From an uncultured Pseudomonadota bacterium (GTDB lineage Bacteria > Myxococcota_A > Polyangia > Fen-1088), in NCBI GenBank assembly GCA_963847705.1, contig CAWKBC010000014.1, positions 32,001-96,000 of the forward strand: a stretch of DNA of 64,000 nt, given 5' to 3'. A model generated the notes under the pieces. That model did no database searches. It was not told the origin of the DNA and was given only the letters and a program-made list of their open reading frames with translations. Below, piece after piece: positions 10,204 through 20,074 of this stretch; the first letter of the stretch is position 1, and each line of letters opens with the position of its first letter. A program made the translations under genes and the position numbers.

Positions 10204-10918
10204 ATGTCCAGTCACACGCTCGCCCGCGCGCGCTATTCGACCAGCCTCCTCGCACGCGTATCGGCCGGGTGGCAACGGATCGCCGAGAACGAACGGCGCG
10301 GGGTCGCCGCCGCTGCGCACATCGCGGCCAATCTCGCCGCCCTCAACGCGCCCCCCGCCATTCTCTCTGCCGCGGCCCGCGTCATCGCCGACGAGGTCCA
10401 TCACCTGGATGTGTGCGCCTGCGTGCTCGACGAGCTCGAACCGTCAGGTCCCCGGAGCGCCGTCCGCAGCGCGACCGCCCGCCGCCTCGATTCTGACGCC
10501 ACGCGCGCCGGTGGGCGAGAGCGCGCTCGCCTGCACGCTGGTGGCCGACTACGCGCTCGGCAAGCCGGCCTCCGCGGCCGCGTTCGCCGCCGCGCGCGCC
10601 GTCAGTCGCGAGCCGCTGTTCGCCTGGGCCTACAGCGAGCTGCTGCGCGACGAGGCCCGTCACGCCACCTTCGGCGCCAAGACGGCGGCCTGGGTGATTC
10701 GCCGCTGGTCGATCAGCAAGCGCCGGGCGCTCTGGGCCGACGCGCTCACCTCTTCGGCGAACGCCGCCGACCGAACCCACGACCACGAGGCCGAGGCGCT
10801 GGGCCTCCTCCCGGCCAGCTCTGACTGCACGCTCCCGCGCTGGATCCTGCCGCACCTCGAGCCCCTCGGGATCCACGCGACACCGACTCCGGCAAACGAG
10901 ACGCGGTTCGTACACTGA
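10204..10918 (+). pseudogene. Ferritin-like domain protein split by a +1 frameshift near 10440-10505 (pseudogene or sequence error)
   Basis: First half (AENE...VIADEVHH) is in the frame of ORF 10045..10824; second half (LLRDEARHATFG...EAEALGLL) is in the frame of ORF 9917..10918. Confidence 0.65.
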
Positions 10919-10960
10919 GCGCGCGCGCCCGAAAATGCCGGAAACGCCCACCCGACCGCG

Positions 10961-11118
10961 CCAAAAACGCGACCCAAACCGCCCCCTAAAAAACGCGACC
11001 TAAAAAACGCGACCTAAAAACCCGCCCCCCAAAAAACGCGTCCTAAAAAACGCGACCCAAACCGCCCCCCCAAAAACGCGCCCTAAAAACCCGCCCCCAA
11101 AACGCAACCCAAAGCACC
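10961..11118 (+). repeat. Degenerate 12-15-bp tandem repeat (~12 units, CC(T/C)AAAAAACGCGA / CCCAAACCGCCC)
   Basis: A-tracts start at 10963, 10976, 10988, 11002, 11016, 11031, 11045, 11059, 11072, 11085, 11099 and 11111. Confidence 0.9.
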
Positions 11119-11198
11119 TCGCAAGCGCGGCCCAAAGCGACCCGCTTGCAGGTCCGTCAGCTTCGTGCGGATCGAACGTTACCGCTTGCCCCCGCGAA

Positions 11199-11293
11199 AC
11201 CGCCGCACGAAACTTTTTTCCGGCGGCGCGGAGCGCACGTGTCGACATAGGTTGGCGCTCCGCGCCGCCGGAAAAAAGTCCACGTGCGGCGGT
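11199..11293. repeat. Long inverted repeat: perfect 25-bp stem, 18-nt loop, plus 11-bp outer stem
   Basis: ACTTTTTTCCGGCGGCGCGGAGCGC (11212-11236) pairs with 11255-11279; ACCGCCGCACG (11199-11209) pairs with 11283-11293. Confidence 0.9.
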
Positions 11294-11466
11294 GAGCTTG
11301 AGAGTGGGAGCTAGCGTTCGACCCGCACGTAACACGGGGTCGCCTGTGGCGCGGCGAGCGGCGCTCGACTTGAGTCGAAGGCCGCGGCCGCGCCCTCGCG
11401 ATAGGAGGGCGCGAGTCTGGAACGGCGGGACGGCGGGACGGCGAGGCCGACCGGGCTAAGATGGCA

Positions 11467-11502
11467 CCCTCTCCCGCTTGCGGGAGAGGGCCGGGGTGAG
11501 GG
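11467..11502 (-). repeat. CCCTCACCCCGGCCCTCTCCC..GGGAGAGGG-type intergenic palindromic repeat downstream of ino1
   Basis: CCCTCTCCCGC-TT-GCGGGAGAGGG hairpin plus CCGGGGTGAGGG tail; resembles a widespread intergenic repeat of GC-rich bacteria. Confidence 0.7.
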
Positions 11503-11522
11503 CGCCTCGCCCCGAGGGCGTC

Positions 11523-12854
11523 TCAGTCGTAGTACTCGGCGCCCAGGTGCGTGATGAGATCTTCTCCCCGCAGGTGCCGGAGCGTGTTCTTCAGCTTCAT
11601 CAGCTGAATGAACAGATCGTGCTCGGGGTACAACCCCGGCGCGCTCTGGGGGCTCTTCCAGTAGAACGACAGCCATTCCTGGATGCCGCCCATCCCGCAG
11701 CGCTGGGCCAGGTCCATGAAGAGCGCGAGGTCGAGGACGATCGGCGCCGCCAGGATCGAATCGCGGCAGAGGAAGTTGACCTTGATCTGCATCGGGTAGC
11801 CCATCCACCCGAAGATGTCGATGTTGTCCCAGCCCTCTTTGTTGTCACCGCGCGGCGGGTAGTAGTTGATGCGCACGACGTGGTGCATGTCGCCGTAGAG
11901 GTCGGGGTAGAGGTGCGGCTGCAGGATGTGCTCCAGCGAGCCGAGCTTGGAGACCTCCTTCGACTTGAAGGACTCCGGATCGTCGAGCACCTCGCCGTCC
12001 CGGTTGCCGAGGATGTTGGTCGAGTACCAACCCTCGAGGCCGAGGAGGCGCGCCTTGAAGCCGGGCGCCAGGATCGTCTTCATCAGCGTCTGGCCGGTCT
12101 TGAAGTCCTTGCCGCCGATAGGCACGTTGTTCTGCTTGGCCAGCTCCATGAGCGCCGGCGTGTCGACGGTCAGGTTCGGGGCGCCGTTGGCGTAGGGGAC
12201 GCCCAGCTTGAGCGCCGCGTAGGCGTAGATCTGCGAGGGCGAGATCTCCGGATCGCTCTCCTGCAGCCCCTTTTCGAAGGTGGCCAGCGAGGCGTGGCAG
12301 GGGGCCAGGTTGCGAAAGACCTCGGTCGAGCCGCACCAGACCATCACCAGCCGGTCGCAGCCGTTCTTCTTCTTGAACTCTTTGATGTCGTCCATCACCT
12401 GCGCCGCCAGGTCCGCCTTGTTCTTGCCGGTCTTGAAGTGGGTGGCGGTCAGCTTCTTCACGTAGGTCTGCTCGAACACCGCCTTCATCGGCTTGATGGT
12501 CGAGAGGAAGTCCTTGAGCTGGGCCAGGTGCTCCTTCGACAGCACGCCGGCCTTGGAGGCGGCTTGATAGGCGTCGTCGGGGAAGAGGTCCCAGCCGCCG
12601 AAGACGATGTCCTCGAGCTTGGAGAGCGGCACGAACTCGTTGATGAGCGGCGTGCGCGCGTCGGTCCGCTTGCCGAGGCGAATCGTCCCCATCTGCGTCA
12701 GCGAACCGATGGGCTTCGAGATCCCTTTCCGGATCGCCTCCACCCCAGCCATGAACGTGGTGGCGACCGCGCCCATTCCGGGCGTCAGAATGCCGAGCTT
12801 GCCCGTCGCCGGGCGGATGTCGATAGGTTTACCTGTGGACTTCGTGAGAGACAT
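11523..12854 (-). CDS. ino1: myo-inositol-1-phosphate (inositol-3-phosphate) synthase
   Basis: GMGAVATT, WCGSTE, ANGAPN, GKDFKTGQT, STNILGNRDG, GDNKEGWD, CRDSILAAP; AAAGGAG SD before ATG 12854. Confidence 0.95.
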   Translation of the reverse strand: MSLTKSTGKPIDIRPATGKLGILTPGMGAVATTFMAGVEAIRKGISKPIGSLTQMGTIRLGKRTDARTPLINEFVPLSKLEDIVFGGWDLFPDDAYQAASKAGVLSKEHLAQLKDFLSTIKPMKAVFEQTYVKKLTATHFKTGKNKADLAAQVMDDIKEFKKKNGCDRLVMVWCGSTEVFRNLAPCHASLATFEKGLQESDPEISPSQIYAYAALKLGVPYANGAPNLTVDTPALMELAKQNNVPIGGKDFKTGQTLMKTILAPGFKARLLGLEGWYSTNILGNRDGEVLDDPESFKSKEVSKLGSLEHILQPHLYPDLYGDMHHVVRINYYPPRGDNKEGWDNIDIFGWMGYPMQIKVNFLCRDSILAAPIVLDLALFMDLAQRCGMGGIQEWLSFYWKSPQSAPGLYPEHDLFIQLMKLKNTLRHLRGEDLITHLGAEYYD

Positions 12855-12910
12855 TGCGGCTCCTTTTAACGGCGAACTGGGGCTCCTGCAACCACGAATG
12901 CACCGACGGA

Positions 12911-12926
12911 TGCAACCGGGATGCCG
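12911..12926 (-). promoter_or_regulatory. Putative sigma54 promoter of ino1
   Basis: Minus strand CGGCATCCCGGTTGCA (GG-N10-GC), about 57 nt upstream of the ATG. Confidence 0.5.
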
Positions 12927-12997
12927 CCCATTATCTGTGGCACTTGCAGGAGTTGCCCCGCGACCCGCCTGGGGTTCACGCTTGCGCCGGGCGAATT

Positions 12998-13120
12998 TGT
13001 GGTAGAAACCCCCCGCTCTTTTAACACCTCGACACCACACGCCTGCTGAGGTGGCCGTGCGTGCCCAGAACGCGAATCATCGCGCGAACGGGTTACGGCC
13101 ACCGGTGACGCGGGCGGCGG
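12998..13120 (+). promoter_or_regulatory. rpsB extended -10 promoter and structured 5' leader (possible S2 autoregulatory RNA)
   Basis: TGTGGTAGAAA resembles the TGTGGTATAAA extended -10 of rpsB promoters. The leader has CACAC and nested pairings CGCCTGC/GCGGGCG and GGTGGCCGT/ACGGCCACC. Confidence 0.55.
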
Positions 13121-13142
13121 ACGACAACGCAAAGGAACGGAC

Positions 13143-14093
<951 letters not shown>

Positions 14094-14153
14094 GCGCTCG
14101 CCTTCCCGCACTCACCGTTTTTTTTCGACGCGAACAAAGAGGATACCCACGTC

Positions 14154-14816
14154 ATGGCTTCAGAAGTCACCGCACAGATGATCAAGGACCTGCGCGAGCG
14201 CACCGGCGCCGGCATGGCCGACTGCAAGAAGGCGCTCACCGAGTGCGCCACCGACATGGAGAAGGCGATCGAGTACCTCCGCAAGAAGGGGATCGCCTCC
14301 GCCGCCAAGAAGGCGACCCGCATCGCCGCCGAGGGGATGATCGCCCACTACCTCCACGGCGCCCGCCTGGGCGTGCTGGTGGAGGTGAACTGCGAGACCG
14401 ACTTCGTGGCGCGCAACCCCGACTTCGTGGCGTTCGCCAAGGAGATCGCCATGCAGATCGCCGCGCTCAACCCGCAGTACGTCTCGCAGGACGAGATCCC
14501 GGCCTCGGTGCTGGAGAAAGAGAAGTCGATCCGCATCGAGCAGGCCAAGCAGTCGGGCAAGCCCGAGGCGGTGTGGGGGAAGATCGTCGACGGTCAGATC
14601 GCCAAGTGGTCCAAGGAGGTCTGCCTGCTCGATCAGATCTGGGTGAAGGATCCCGAGGGGAAGAAGGACATCCGCTCGCTCTTGACCGATCTCGTCGCCA
14701 AGACCGGCGAGAACGTCAAGGTGCGCCGGTTCGTCCGCTATGAGGTCGGCGAGGGGCTGGAGAAGCGCTCCGACGACTTCGTGGCCGAGGTCCAGAAGCA
14801 AGCCGGACAGGCGTAA
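14154..14816 (+). CDS. tsf: Translation elongation factor Ts (short form)
   Basis: [37 protein letters not shown]; follows rpsB. Confidence 0.97.
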   Translation: MASEVTAQMIKDLRERTGAGMADCKKALTECATDMEKAIEYLRKKGIASAAKKATRIAAEGMIAHYLHGARLGVLVEVNCETDFVARNPDFVAFAKEIAMQIAALNPQYVSQDEIPASVLEKEKSIRIEQAKQSGKPEAVWGKIVDGQIAKWSKEVCLLDQIWVKDPEGKKDIRSLLTDLVAKTGENVKVRRFVRYEVGEGLEKRSDDFVAEVQKQAGQA

Positions 14817-14827
14817 GGTCCCGCGGG

Positions 14828-15697
14828 ATGCCCAAGGGGAAGGGGAAGAACGGCCGCGGGGCTGGCGATGGCGTCGACAGACCGCCGCCCCCCGCGACCG
14901 CCCGGTCCGGTGCCGCGGGGCAGGAGACCAAGCTGCCCCTGGCGCCTGGGGTCAAGTACCGCCGCGTGCTGCTCAAGCTGTCGGGCGAGGCGCTGATGGG
15001 GTCGACCCAGAACGCCATCGACCCCGCCACGCTGTCGCAGATCGCCGACGAGCTGGTCGACGTGCAGGGCCTGGGCGTCGAGATCGCCATGGTGCTGGGC
15101 GGCGGGAACATCTTCCGCGGCATCGCCGCCAGCTCGACCGGCATGGACCGCGCCCACGCCGACTACATGGGGATGCTGGCGACGGTCATCAATTCGCTGG
15201 CGCTGCAGGACGCGCTGGAGTCGCGCGGCGCGCACACCCGGGTGATGACCGCGCTGGAGATGGAGCGGGTGGCCGAGCCCTACATCCGCCGTCGGTCGAT
15301 CCGCCACCTGGAAAAGGGGCGGCTGGTGATCTTCGCGGCCGGGACCGGCAACCCCTACTTCACCACCGACACGGCGGCCTCGCTGCGCGCCATGGAGATC
15401 GGCGCCGAGATCGTCATGAAGGCGACCAAGGTCGACGGCGTCTACGACAAGGATCCCAACAAGCACAAGGACGCCCGGATGTTCCGGCGCCTCTCGTACC
15501 TGGACGTCCTCAACCGCAACCTCGGCGTGATGGACTCGACGGCGATCTCGCTCTGCCGCGACAACAGCCTGCCGATTCTCGTCTTCAACATGACCAAGCC
15601 GGGCAACATCCGGCGGGTGCTGCTGGGCGAACCGCTCGGAACCATGGTGCTCGACGAGCGCCGCGAGCCCCGCCCCGGCACGACCGTGGCAACCTGA
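14828..15697 (+). CDS. pyrH: UMP kinase
   Basis: [47 protein letters not shown]. The true start may be downstream. Confidence 0.97.
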   Translation: MPKGKGKNGRGAGDGVDRPPPPATARSGAAGQETKLPLAPGVKYRRVLLKLSGEALMGSTQNAIDPATLSQIADELVDVQGLGVEIAMVLGGGNIFRGIAASSTGMDRAHADYMGMLATVINSLALQDALESRGAHTRVMTALEMERVAEPYIRRRSIRHLEKGRLVIFAAGTGNPYFTTDTAASLRAMEIGAEIVMKATKVDGVYDKDPNKHKDARMFRRLSYLDVLNRNLGVMDSTAISLCRDNSLPILVFNMTKPGNIRRVLLGEPLGTMVLDERREPRPGTTVAT

Positions 15698-15721
15698 AAA
15701 AGCAAACTGAGGGGGACACCG

Positions 15722-16279
15722 ATGATCGATGACATCGTGAAGAGCCTGCAGGGCGATCTCGACAAGGGGATCGAAGCTTTCCGTCGCGAGCTCGGCAAGG
15801 TCCGCACCGGGCGCGCCAACCTCTCCATCCTCGATGGGGTGCGGGTCGACTACTACGGGACGCCCACCCCCTTGAACCAGGTCGCGTCGTGCAACGTCGC
15901 CGACGCGCGCCTCATCACCATCAAGCCCTGGGAGCGCTCGCTCATCCCGGAGATCGAAAAGTCGATCCGGGCGGCGCAGCTGGGCCTCAACCCGCAATCG
16001 GATGGCGAGCTGGTGCGGCTGCCGATGCCGGCGCTCACCCAGGAACGCCGCCAGGACCTGGTCAAGGTGGTGAAGAAGATGGCCGAGGAGGCCCGGGTCG
16101 CCCTGCGCGGCGCGCGCCGCGACGCCAACGAGATGATCAAGGAGGCGCTCAAGGAGGGGTCGGTCACCGAGGACGACGAGCGCAAGGGGTTGAAGACGGT
16201 TCAAGAGACCACCGACAAATCGGTGCTCAAGATCGACGAGATCGCCGCCAAAAAAGAAGCTGAGATCCTGGAGGTCTGA
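15722..16279 (+). CDS. frr: Ribosome recycling factor
   Basis: RTGRAN, VDYYG, GLNPQSDG, PALTQERR, RRDAN. Confidence 0.97.
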   Translation: MIDDIVKSLQGDLDKGIEAFRRELGKVRTGRANLSILDGVRVDYYGTPTPLNQVASCNVADARLITIKPWERSLIPEIEKSIRAAQLGLNPQSDGELVRLPMPALTQERRQDLVKVVKKMAEEARVALRGARRDANEMIKEALKEGSVTEDDERKGLKTVQETTDKSVLKIDEIAAKKEAEILEV

Positions 16280-16281
16280 TC

Positions 16282-16671
16282 GTGGCATTGCTCTTTCGTG
16301 AGGCGCACGCGGCGCCCGACAAAAAACAGATCAACCTGGAGTACTTCATCCTGGAGAACGCCGGCGCGACGTCGATCAACACCGGCGGCCTGCAGGTCAT
16401 CGCCGCCAAAAAGGGAAAACGCGGCTCGGTGCTGGGGGTGATCGATCCCGGCTTCATGCTCCAGCCGGGGGAGAAGATCCTGGTCGTCTCCGGCGTCCCC
16501 GGCAAGAAGTCGCACGGCGAGCCGCCGTCGCGCGAGGGGATGCGCACCTATCACCTGTTTCAGCGCGACCCCCTGCTGCACGGGCAGGGGACGCTCATCC
16601 GGCTGGCGATGAATCAGGTCGAGGTCGCCCGTCTCGTTTACGATCCCGCCGCCGCCACCGGCGTGGCGTGA
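16282..16671 (+). CDS. Hypothetical protein, lamin-tail-domain (LTD)-like beta sandwich
   Basis: GTG start 2 nt after the frr stop; EYFILENAG..INTGGLQV and FMLQPGEKILVVSG resemble LTD motifs. Confidence 0.55.
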   Translation: MALLFREAHAAPDKKQINLEYFILENAGATSINTGGLQVIAAKKGKRGSVLGVIDPGFMLQPGEKILVVSGVPGKKSHGEPPSREGMRTYHLFQRDPLLHGQGTLIRLAMNQVEVARLVYDPAAATGVA

Positions 16672-16684
16672 TAAGGATTCGATC

Positions 16685-16978
16685 ATGCCCAAGTACCAGG
16701 TCGACATCCCGCACACGCTGGCCGTCGCCGAGGCCAAACAGCGCATCGCCGGCGCCACCGACAAGCTGACGCGCGACTATGGCGCGGCCTGCACCTGGAA
16801 GGGCGACAACGAGCTGACCGTCTCGCGCAAGGGGCTGGATGCGATCGTCACCGTCGAGCCGTCGAAGGTGCACATCGACCTGAACCTCGGCTTCCTGCTC
16901 ACGCCCTTCGCCGAGAAGATCAAGACCGGCATCGCCAAGCAGCTCTCCGGAATCCTGGCGGCAGCCCCAGGGAATTAG
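16685..16978 (+). CDS. Polyhydroxyalkanoic acid system family protein
   Basis: 97 aa: VDIPHTL...EAKQRI...WKGD...LNLGFLLTPFAEKI. Confidence 0.8.
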   Translation: MPKYQVDIPHTLAVAEAKQRIAGATDKLTRDYGAACTWKGDNELTVSRKGLDAIVTVEPSKVHIDLNLGFLLTPFAEKIKTGIAKQLSGILAAAPGN

Positions 16979-17103
16979 CCTCGCCGGAGGGGTGAGGACC
17001 TCCGCAGCCGGCGCGCCGGGGAAGCACGGCGCGTCAGCTGCCAGGATCCATTGACTCGACTGTTGGGTTCGCACATGCGCCAAACATGTGGGATCATTGG
17101 CGC

Positions 17104-17760
17104 ATGGCGATCGGCATCGGGACGGGCATCTACACTCCGCGCGAGGCATCCCGCCTCACGGGGTTGTCTGTCCGCCGCGTGAGAGGGTGGATTTGTGGGT
17201 ACGAGAGGGGATCCGGTCCTCTGATCAAGAGAGATCCAGACGATGGACCAGCTCTATCGTTTCTTGATCTGATCGAGATTCTCTTCGTTAACTCCTTCCT
17301 CGAACACGGAGTGAAGATGAGTCACATCCGCAAAGCGTCGCAGAAAGCGATGGAGCTGTTCGGAAAACAGCACCCATTCGCTGTGAGCCGTTTCGAGACG
17401 GACGGAAAGAAAATCTTCGCGAGGGTATCTCCTATCGGGTCCCAAAAGAGACACGTTCTAGGGCTCGTAGATGGCCAGTCCGCATTCGATAAGGTCATCT
17501 CGCCATTTTTTAAGCAGATCGATTATCGCGAGTCCGGCGACGCAACCAGATGGTGGCCCCTGGGAAAGAGAGAGCCGATTTTTGTCGATCCGCAGATCGC
17601 TTTCGGCGCGCCCGTCACGAAGACAGCACATGTGCCAGTGTCCGCCATCAACGGCGCTCTTTCTGCCGGGGAGAGCGTCGCCAGGGTTGCTAAGTGGTTC
17701 GAGATTCCGCTGAAGGATGTGAGGGCAGCGGCGGCGCTTGAGCGGCACATGGCCGCTTGA
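17104..17760 (+). CDS. Putative antitoxin (HTH + DUF433; VapB45-like)
   Basis: GIYTPREASRL, VRGWICGY, LSFLDLIE, HPFA, RWWP, VDPQIAFGAP; lower GC than the flanks. Confidence 0.85.
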   Translation: MAIGIGTGIYTPREASRLTGLSVRRVRGWICGYERGSGPLIKRDPDDGPALSFLDLIEILFVNSFLEHGVKMSHIRKASQKAMELFGKQHPFAVSRFETDGKKIFARVSPIGSQKRHVLGLVDGQSAFDKVISPFFKQIDYRESGDATRWWPLGKREPIFVDPQIAFGAPVTKTAHVPVSAINGALSAGESVARVAKWFEIPLKDVRAAAALERHMAA

Positions 17761-18143
17761 AGTTCTTCATAGATAACTGTTTGTCGCCCAAGTACGCGGC
17801 CATCCTGGGCGCACTTGATCACCACGGCGAAGTAACTTCGCTTCGCGCTAACTTTCCGCCGGACACTCCAGACGTAGTCTGGATAAAAGAGCTTGGCGCC
17901 AAGGGCTGGGTACTGATCACAAAAGACCGCTCGCAGATGAGCAACCCCCCGGAGCGCGCGGCCCTCAAGTCAGCGGGTGTAATCGCGTTCTTTCTTGCTC
18001 ATGCGTTCGATCATTTTCTCTTAGACGATCAGGCGTGGAGAGTGCTGCGGTTTTGGCCTGCCATCGCGGCCCGAGCAAAGAAAGCAAAGAAGGGAGACTG
18101 CTACGTCGTCCGGATACAGGGGAGGATCGACCCCCTCTCGTAG
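17757..18143 (+). CDS. Putative PIN-domain toxin (VapC45-like)
   Basis: MKFFIDNCLS, DTPDVVWI, WVLITKD...NPPERAAL; TTGA overlap with the antitoxin stop. Confidence 0.85.
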   Translation: MKFFIDNCLSPKYAAILGALDHHGEVTSLRANFPPDTPDVVWIKELGAKGWVLITKDRSQMSNPPERAALKSAGVIAFFLAHAFDHFLLDDQAWRVLRFWPAIAARAKKAKKGDCYVVRIQGRIDPLS

Positions 18144-18344
18144 ATGCCGCCGATACTCCGTCTCCCTGTAGGTCCCCCGGCTGCCTGCTTTTGAGCGGTC
18201 TGAGCGAATGATCCCGTCCAAGCTCCCAAAACTAGGCGGCGCGTGCGCAGCGCCGGTGGCGGCGCGGGAAGAACCTTTCGCACTTCTCTCCAACGAGCCG
18301 ACGCGAGCGCCATCGGCGGTGCGGCTCTTCAGGTGGCGCCCACG

Positions 18345-18360
18345 CGGCACATGCCTTGCT
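18345..18360 (+). promoter_or_regulatory. Putative sigma54 promoter of the GST-like gene
   Basis: CGGCACATGCCTTGCT (GG-N10-GC); ATG at 18373. Confidence 0.6.
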
Positions 18361-18372
18361 GCGGTGGCGGGC

Positions 18373-19143
18373 ATGCGTTTCGTGGAGCTCGAAGAGGCGC
18401 GCCAGGCCTCCGGCCTGCGCCTGGTGATCGCGACCAACGTCCCCAGCCCCTGGTCGCAGGCCGCGCTGGGCCTCTTCGACATGAAGGGGCTCGACGGCCT
18501 GGTGGTGCGCTTCCGGCGCAGCGACGAGGAGATCAAGCGCTGGACCGGCACCCGGAACGCGCCCGCCGCGCTGTTCGACGACGAACCGCCACGCACCGGC
18601 TGGGCAGAGATCGTCGCCCTCGGCGAGCGGCTCGGGGGGCGAATGTCGCTGGTCCCCGAGGATGAGGAACGCCGGGTGAGAATGTTCGGCCTCTCGCACG
18701 AGCTCCTCGGCGAGGGGGGCCTCGCCTGGAACGTGCGGCTCTTGCTCACGCACACCGGCCTCACGACCGACGGGCGCGCCGGGTGGCCGAAGCCGGTGGC
18801 GGAGTACCTGGCGCCACGCTACGGCTACGCGCCCGACCGCGTTCCCTCGGCACGGGCGCGCGCCATCGGGACGCTGCGCCTCCTCGACGCCGTGCTGACC
18901 GAGAGCCGGAGTCGCGGACATGCCTACTTCCTCGGACCGACCCCGACGGCGCTCGACCTGCACGCCGCGGTCACGCTGGGCGTCATCTGGCCACTGCCGG
19001 AGGCGCAATGCCCGATGCTGCCGCCCGTTCGCAACGCGTTCGAGACGCTCGATCAGGAAGTGAAGGAGGCGGTGTCACCCGCGCTGCTCGAACACCGCGC
19101 GCAGATGTTCAGCCGGCACCTGGTCGTTCCGGTCCGGTCATGA
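18373..19143 (+). CDS. Glutathione S-transferase-like protein
   Basis: PSPWSQAA N-terminal motif, NAP cis-Pro region, C-terminal YFLGPTPTALD. Confidence 0.7.
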   Translation: MRFVELEEARQASGLRLVIATNVPSPWSQAALGLFDMKGLDGLVVRFRRSDEEIKRWTGTRNAPAALFDDEPPRTGWAEIVALGERLGGRMSLVPEDEERRVRMFGLSHELLGEGGLAWNVRLLLTHTGLTTDGRAGWPKPVAEYLAPRYGYAPDRVPSARARAIGTLRLLDAVLTESRSRGHAYFLGPTPTALDLHAAVTLGVIWPLPEAQCPMLPPVRNAFETLDQEVKEAVSPALLEHRAQMFSRHLVVPVRS

Positions 19144-20074
19144 CCCCGGGGGAAGTCGCCCCTGCGACCACCGGCCCTGCGCTGGCCGACCTGACCAGCA
19201 CGGCGGCGACCTCGGCGTCGGTGGAACCGGGATGGCCGGTGACGACGCGGCGAGCAGAGGCCGGCGGCGCGAAGGCCGCGAGCCGCTCGGCGCGCTCGCC
19301 GAGGCCGGGCAGGTAACCGGGCTCGACGCCGACCGCGTCGTTGTCGATCACCACGACGGCGGCAGCGGCGAGAGATTTCAGACGGTCATCCCCCACCGGC
19401 AGCTCCAGCGTCGCCAGCAGCGACAGCCGCCCGGGATCCCAGGCGACGCCGAGAGCCCCGTCGAAGGTCTCACGCAGAGTGTCGGCCTCGCGTGGGCTGA
19501 CCGACTGCCAGGGGGTGACGCCGACTTGAACCGCCAGGCGCAGCCCAGCGCGGTCGGCGGCGCGGAGCAGCCGTTCGACCGCCCACCGGCAGGCGTCCAG
19601 AATCTCGGGTGCCAGCGCGCGGCGTTCGCCCAGCGCATTCGACAGCAGCACCCCGCCCGGATCGTCCGGCCCGATCGCGCGGCGAGCGAACGCCAGCGCG
19701 AACGCCGCGGCATCGGCGGTCAGCGCCACGGGGCCGAAGTCGACGACGGCGAGCTGCACGCCGAACGAACCGGCTGCCGCGAGGCCATGCGCTGCCAGGG
19801 AGATGGCCGCTTCTCGCTCGTCCCGGGCCGGCGCGGCGAGGCGCGGCAGGCGGCGCCCCGCGGGGAGAGCCCGCTCCGCGAGCGGCAGCGCGACGGTCGG
19901 GAGCTCCAGACCGAGGCGGAGGGCGGAGGCGACGAGCGGCGCTCCCGTCAGGATTTCCAGATCGCACCCGCCCCCGAGGTGGATCCCCACGGCGCCCGTC
20001 TCGGCGGCGAGCCGCGTGATCCGCTCGCCGCCGTCGGCGCGCGGCGGGCGGAGGTCCGTCGCCAAAAAAGCCAT
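19109..20074 (-). CDS. Xylose isomerase/AP-endonuclease-2-like TIM-barrel protein (degenerate)
   Basis: DEREAAI...VVDFG, WDPGR, DAVG...YLPGLG pattern of sugar-phosphate isomerase/epimerase barrels. Confidence 0.55.
   Translation of the reverse strand: MAFLATDLRPPRADGGERITRLAAETGAVGIHLGGGCDLEILTGAPLVASALRLGLELPTVALPLAERALPAGRRLPRLAAPARDEREAAISLAAHGLAAAGSFGVQLAVVDFGPVALTADAAAFALAFARRAIGPDDPGGVLLSNALGERRALAPEILDACRWAVERLLRAADRAGLRLAVQVGVTPWQSVSPREADTLRETFDGALGVAWDPGRLSLLATLELPVGDDRLKSLAAAAVVVIDNDAVGVEPGYLPGLGERAERLAAFAPPASARRVVTGHPGSTDAEVAAVLVRSASAGPVVAGATSPGVMTGPERPGAG

Noticed and set aside
11000-11335. 111-aa minus-strand ORF across the hairpin and A-tract repeats
   Set aside because: Translation of repeat DNA (GGGFLGRVF); atypical codon usage and no SD.
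14154-14816. EF-Ts only 220 aa, possible truncation
   Set aside because: Short EF-Ts forms are well known, and both termini are intact.
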